A stretch of DNA of 46,197 nucleotides from Candidatus Iainarchaeum sp. (GTDB lineage Archaea; Iainarchaeota; Iainarchaeia; Iainarchaeales; UBA10191). The notes beneath the pieces are model-generated. The model saw only the letters and a list, made by a program, of their open reading frames with translations. It was not told the DNA's origin and did not search any database. A program made the translations under genes and the position numbers. Below, one piece after another: positions 45,387 to 46,197 of the stretch (position 1 is its first letter; every line of letters starts with the position of its first letter). Location: assembly GCA_030649735.1 (NCBI GenBank), contig JAUSFL010000009.1:1-46197 (forward strand). Direction: 5' to 3'.

Positions 45387-45806
45387 ATGCAAAAAAGGTT
45401 TTACTTGGACACTGCAATTTGGCGCGATTATTTCGAGGACAGAAAAGACTGCATCAGGCCTTTGGGCGAGTTTGCTTTCCAGTTCTTGAGAAATTGTGAA
45501 AAGCAAGGCTGCATGGCTTTATATTCAAGCCTGGTTGTGCAAGAGTTGAAAACAGATTATTCCCAAGAAAGAATTAGTGAAGTTTTCACTGCATTCAATC
45601 GGATTCTTGTTGAGGTCCAAATTTCTGGCGCGCAGGTTTCTGAAGCGAGAAAGATTTCAACAAATGTGAAAGAAACTCACTTGAAAGACGCCCTGCATGC
45701 AATCTTGGCCAGAGACAACAAAGCCGTAATGATTACCAGAGACCGGCATTTTGAAGTATTGTCCAATATTGTGGAAGTTGCAAAGCCAGAAGACATTTAC
45801 TTTTGA
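45387..45806 (+). CDS. vapC: PIN-domain ribonuclease (VapC-like toxin)
   Basis: ATG 45387; YLDTAIW, VVQEL, DALHAILA, ITRDRHF acidic motifs. Confidence 0.88.
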   Translation: MQKRFYLDTAIWRDYFEDRKDCIRPLGEFAFQFLRNCEKQGCMALYSSLVVQELKTDYSQERISEVFTAFNRILVEVQISGAQVSEARKISTNVKETHLKDALHAILARDNKAVMITRDRHFEVLSNIVEVAKPEDIYF

Positions 45807-46090
45807 GCGAATTTCTTCTCAAGCATTTCAATGTATTCTTGCCCGGCTTTTTCAGTTAGTTTCCTGAATTCTTCATCAGTCTTTGCCTTGCCTTTTCCCT
45901 TGAATATTCCCCTTGCCGCGTAAAGCGCCTGCCAGCCTTTCTTTCTTTCTCTTTCTTCAGCAAGCTGCTTTAGCTTGTCCCTGATGGACTCCCTGATGAA
46001 TTCTGTTTTTGTTGAATACTTGAATTCCTGCATGTCTTTCTCAATCTGCCTTGCAAGCGCGGAATCCAGCCTTACGCAAATGTTTTCCAT
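45797..46090 (-). CDS. Ribbon-helix-helix (CopG-like) protein, putative antitoxin
   Basis: ATG 46090; MENICVRLDSALARQIE...YSTKTEFIRESIRDKL. Confidence 0.82.
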   Translation of the reverse strand: MENICVRLDSALARQIEKDMQEFKYSTKTEFIRESIRDKLKQLAEERERKKGWQALYAARGIFKGKGKAKTDEEFRKLTEKAGQEYIEMLEKKFAQK

Positions 46091-46094
46091 ACAA

Positions 46095-46126
46095 TACAAT
46101 GTAATGCATTGTAATATTTAAAAAGC
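46095..46126 (-). promoter_or_regulatory. TATA box plus 7-5-7 palindromic operator of the RHH gene
   Basis: Minus strand TTTTTAAATA about 25 nt before ATG 46090; TACAATG-taatg-CATTGTA at 46095-46113. Confidence 0.6.
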
Positions 46127-46197
46127 TTTGGGAATGTTTTTGGAATTTCACCCCGCCGCCAGAGTGGGGCGCAACTTGCCTGCGGGCTTTCTTTTTA

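Noticed and set aside
46149-46197. GC-rich hairpin at the window end as part of RNase P or SRP RNA
   Set aside because: No diagnostic motif (GAGGAAAGTCC, SRP helix 8) and it is truncated by the edge, so it cannot be called.
1-46197. CRISPR arrays, rRNA, transposases/integrases, diversity-generating retroelement
   Set aside because: By eye I saw no regularly spaced repeats, rRNA-like tract, recombinase or reverse transcriptase motif, or TR/VR pair. A self-dotplot would be needed to exclude weak repeats.

Overview
Archaeal chromosomal segment, AT-rich, with GGAGG/GGTGA Shine-Dalgarno sites and TATA-type promoters. It encodes a thermosome, archaeal IleRS and ValRS, Sec61beta and Dph6. The gene set and a tRNA-Ile with a UAU anticodon suggest a DPANN lineage, possibly Iainarchaeota/Diapherotrites (inference, not verified). 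Main blocks: (1) 1-540, the 5' end of a HerA/DUF87-like ATPase with an intein inserted in Walker A, absent from the ORF track. (2) 5.8-13.3 kb, a copper/heavy-metal island: GDCCVxC-membrane fusion, membrane-anchored wHTH regulator with a Cys/Met loop beside a perfect 16-bp palindrome, structured leader, DUF2318, CopZ-like protein, HMA-HMA-DsbD_2-cupredoxin, ArsR with a CzrA-like operator, and CopA. Two paralogous membrane-anchored GATase-fold proteins lie on either side of it. (3) Housekeeping genes ileS, tRNA-Ile(UAU), valS, Lrp, hisI-hisG, ssb and thermosome, interspersed with very basic orphan ORFs. (4) 32.5-45.3 kb, a surface-appendage locus with seven class III signal peptide (type IV pilin-like) proteins, a KaiC-like ATPase, a Ser/Thr kinase and a 1600-aa adhesin/glycan-binding protein. 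(5) A convergent VapC/RHH pair. I also found small genes the ORF track missed: a ferredoxin, Sec61beta and a 24-aa CCCC/Lys-rich microprotein. No CRISPR array, rRNA or transposase was seen. All domain calls come from motif recognition by eye, not from database searches.
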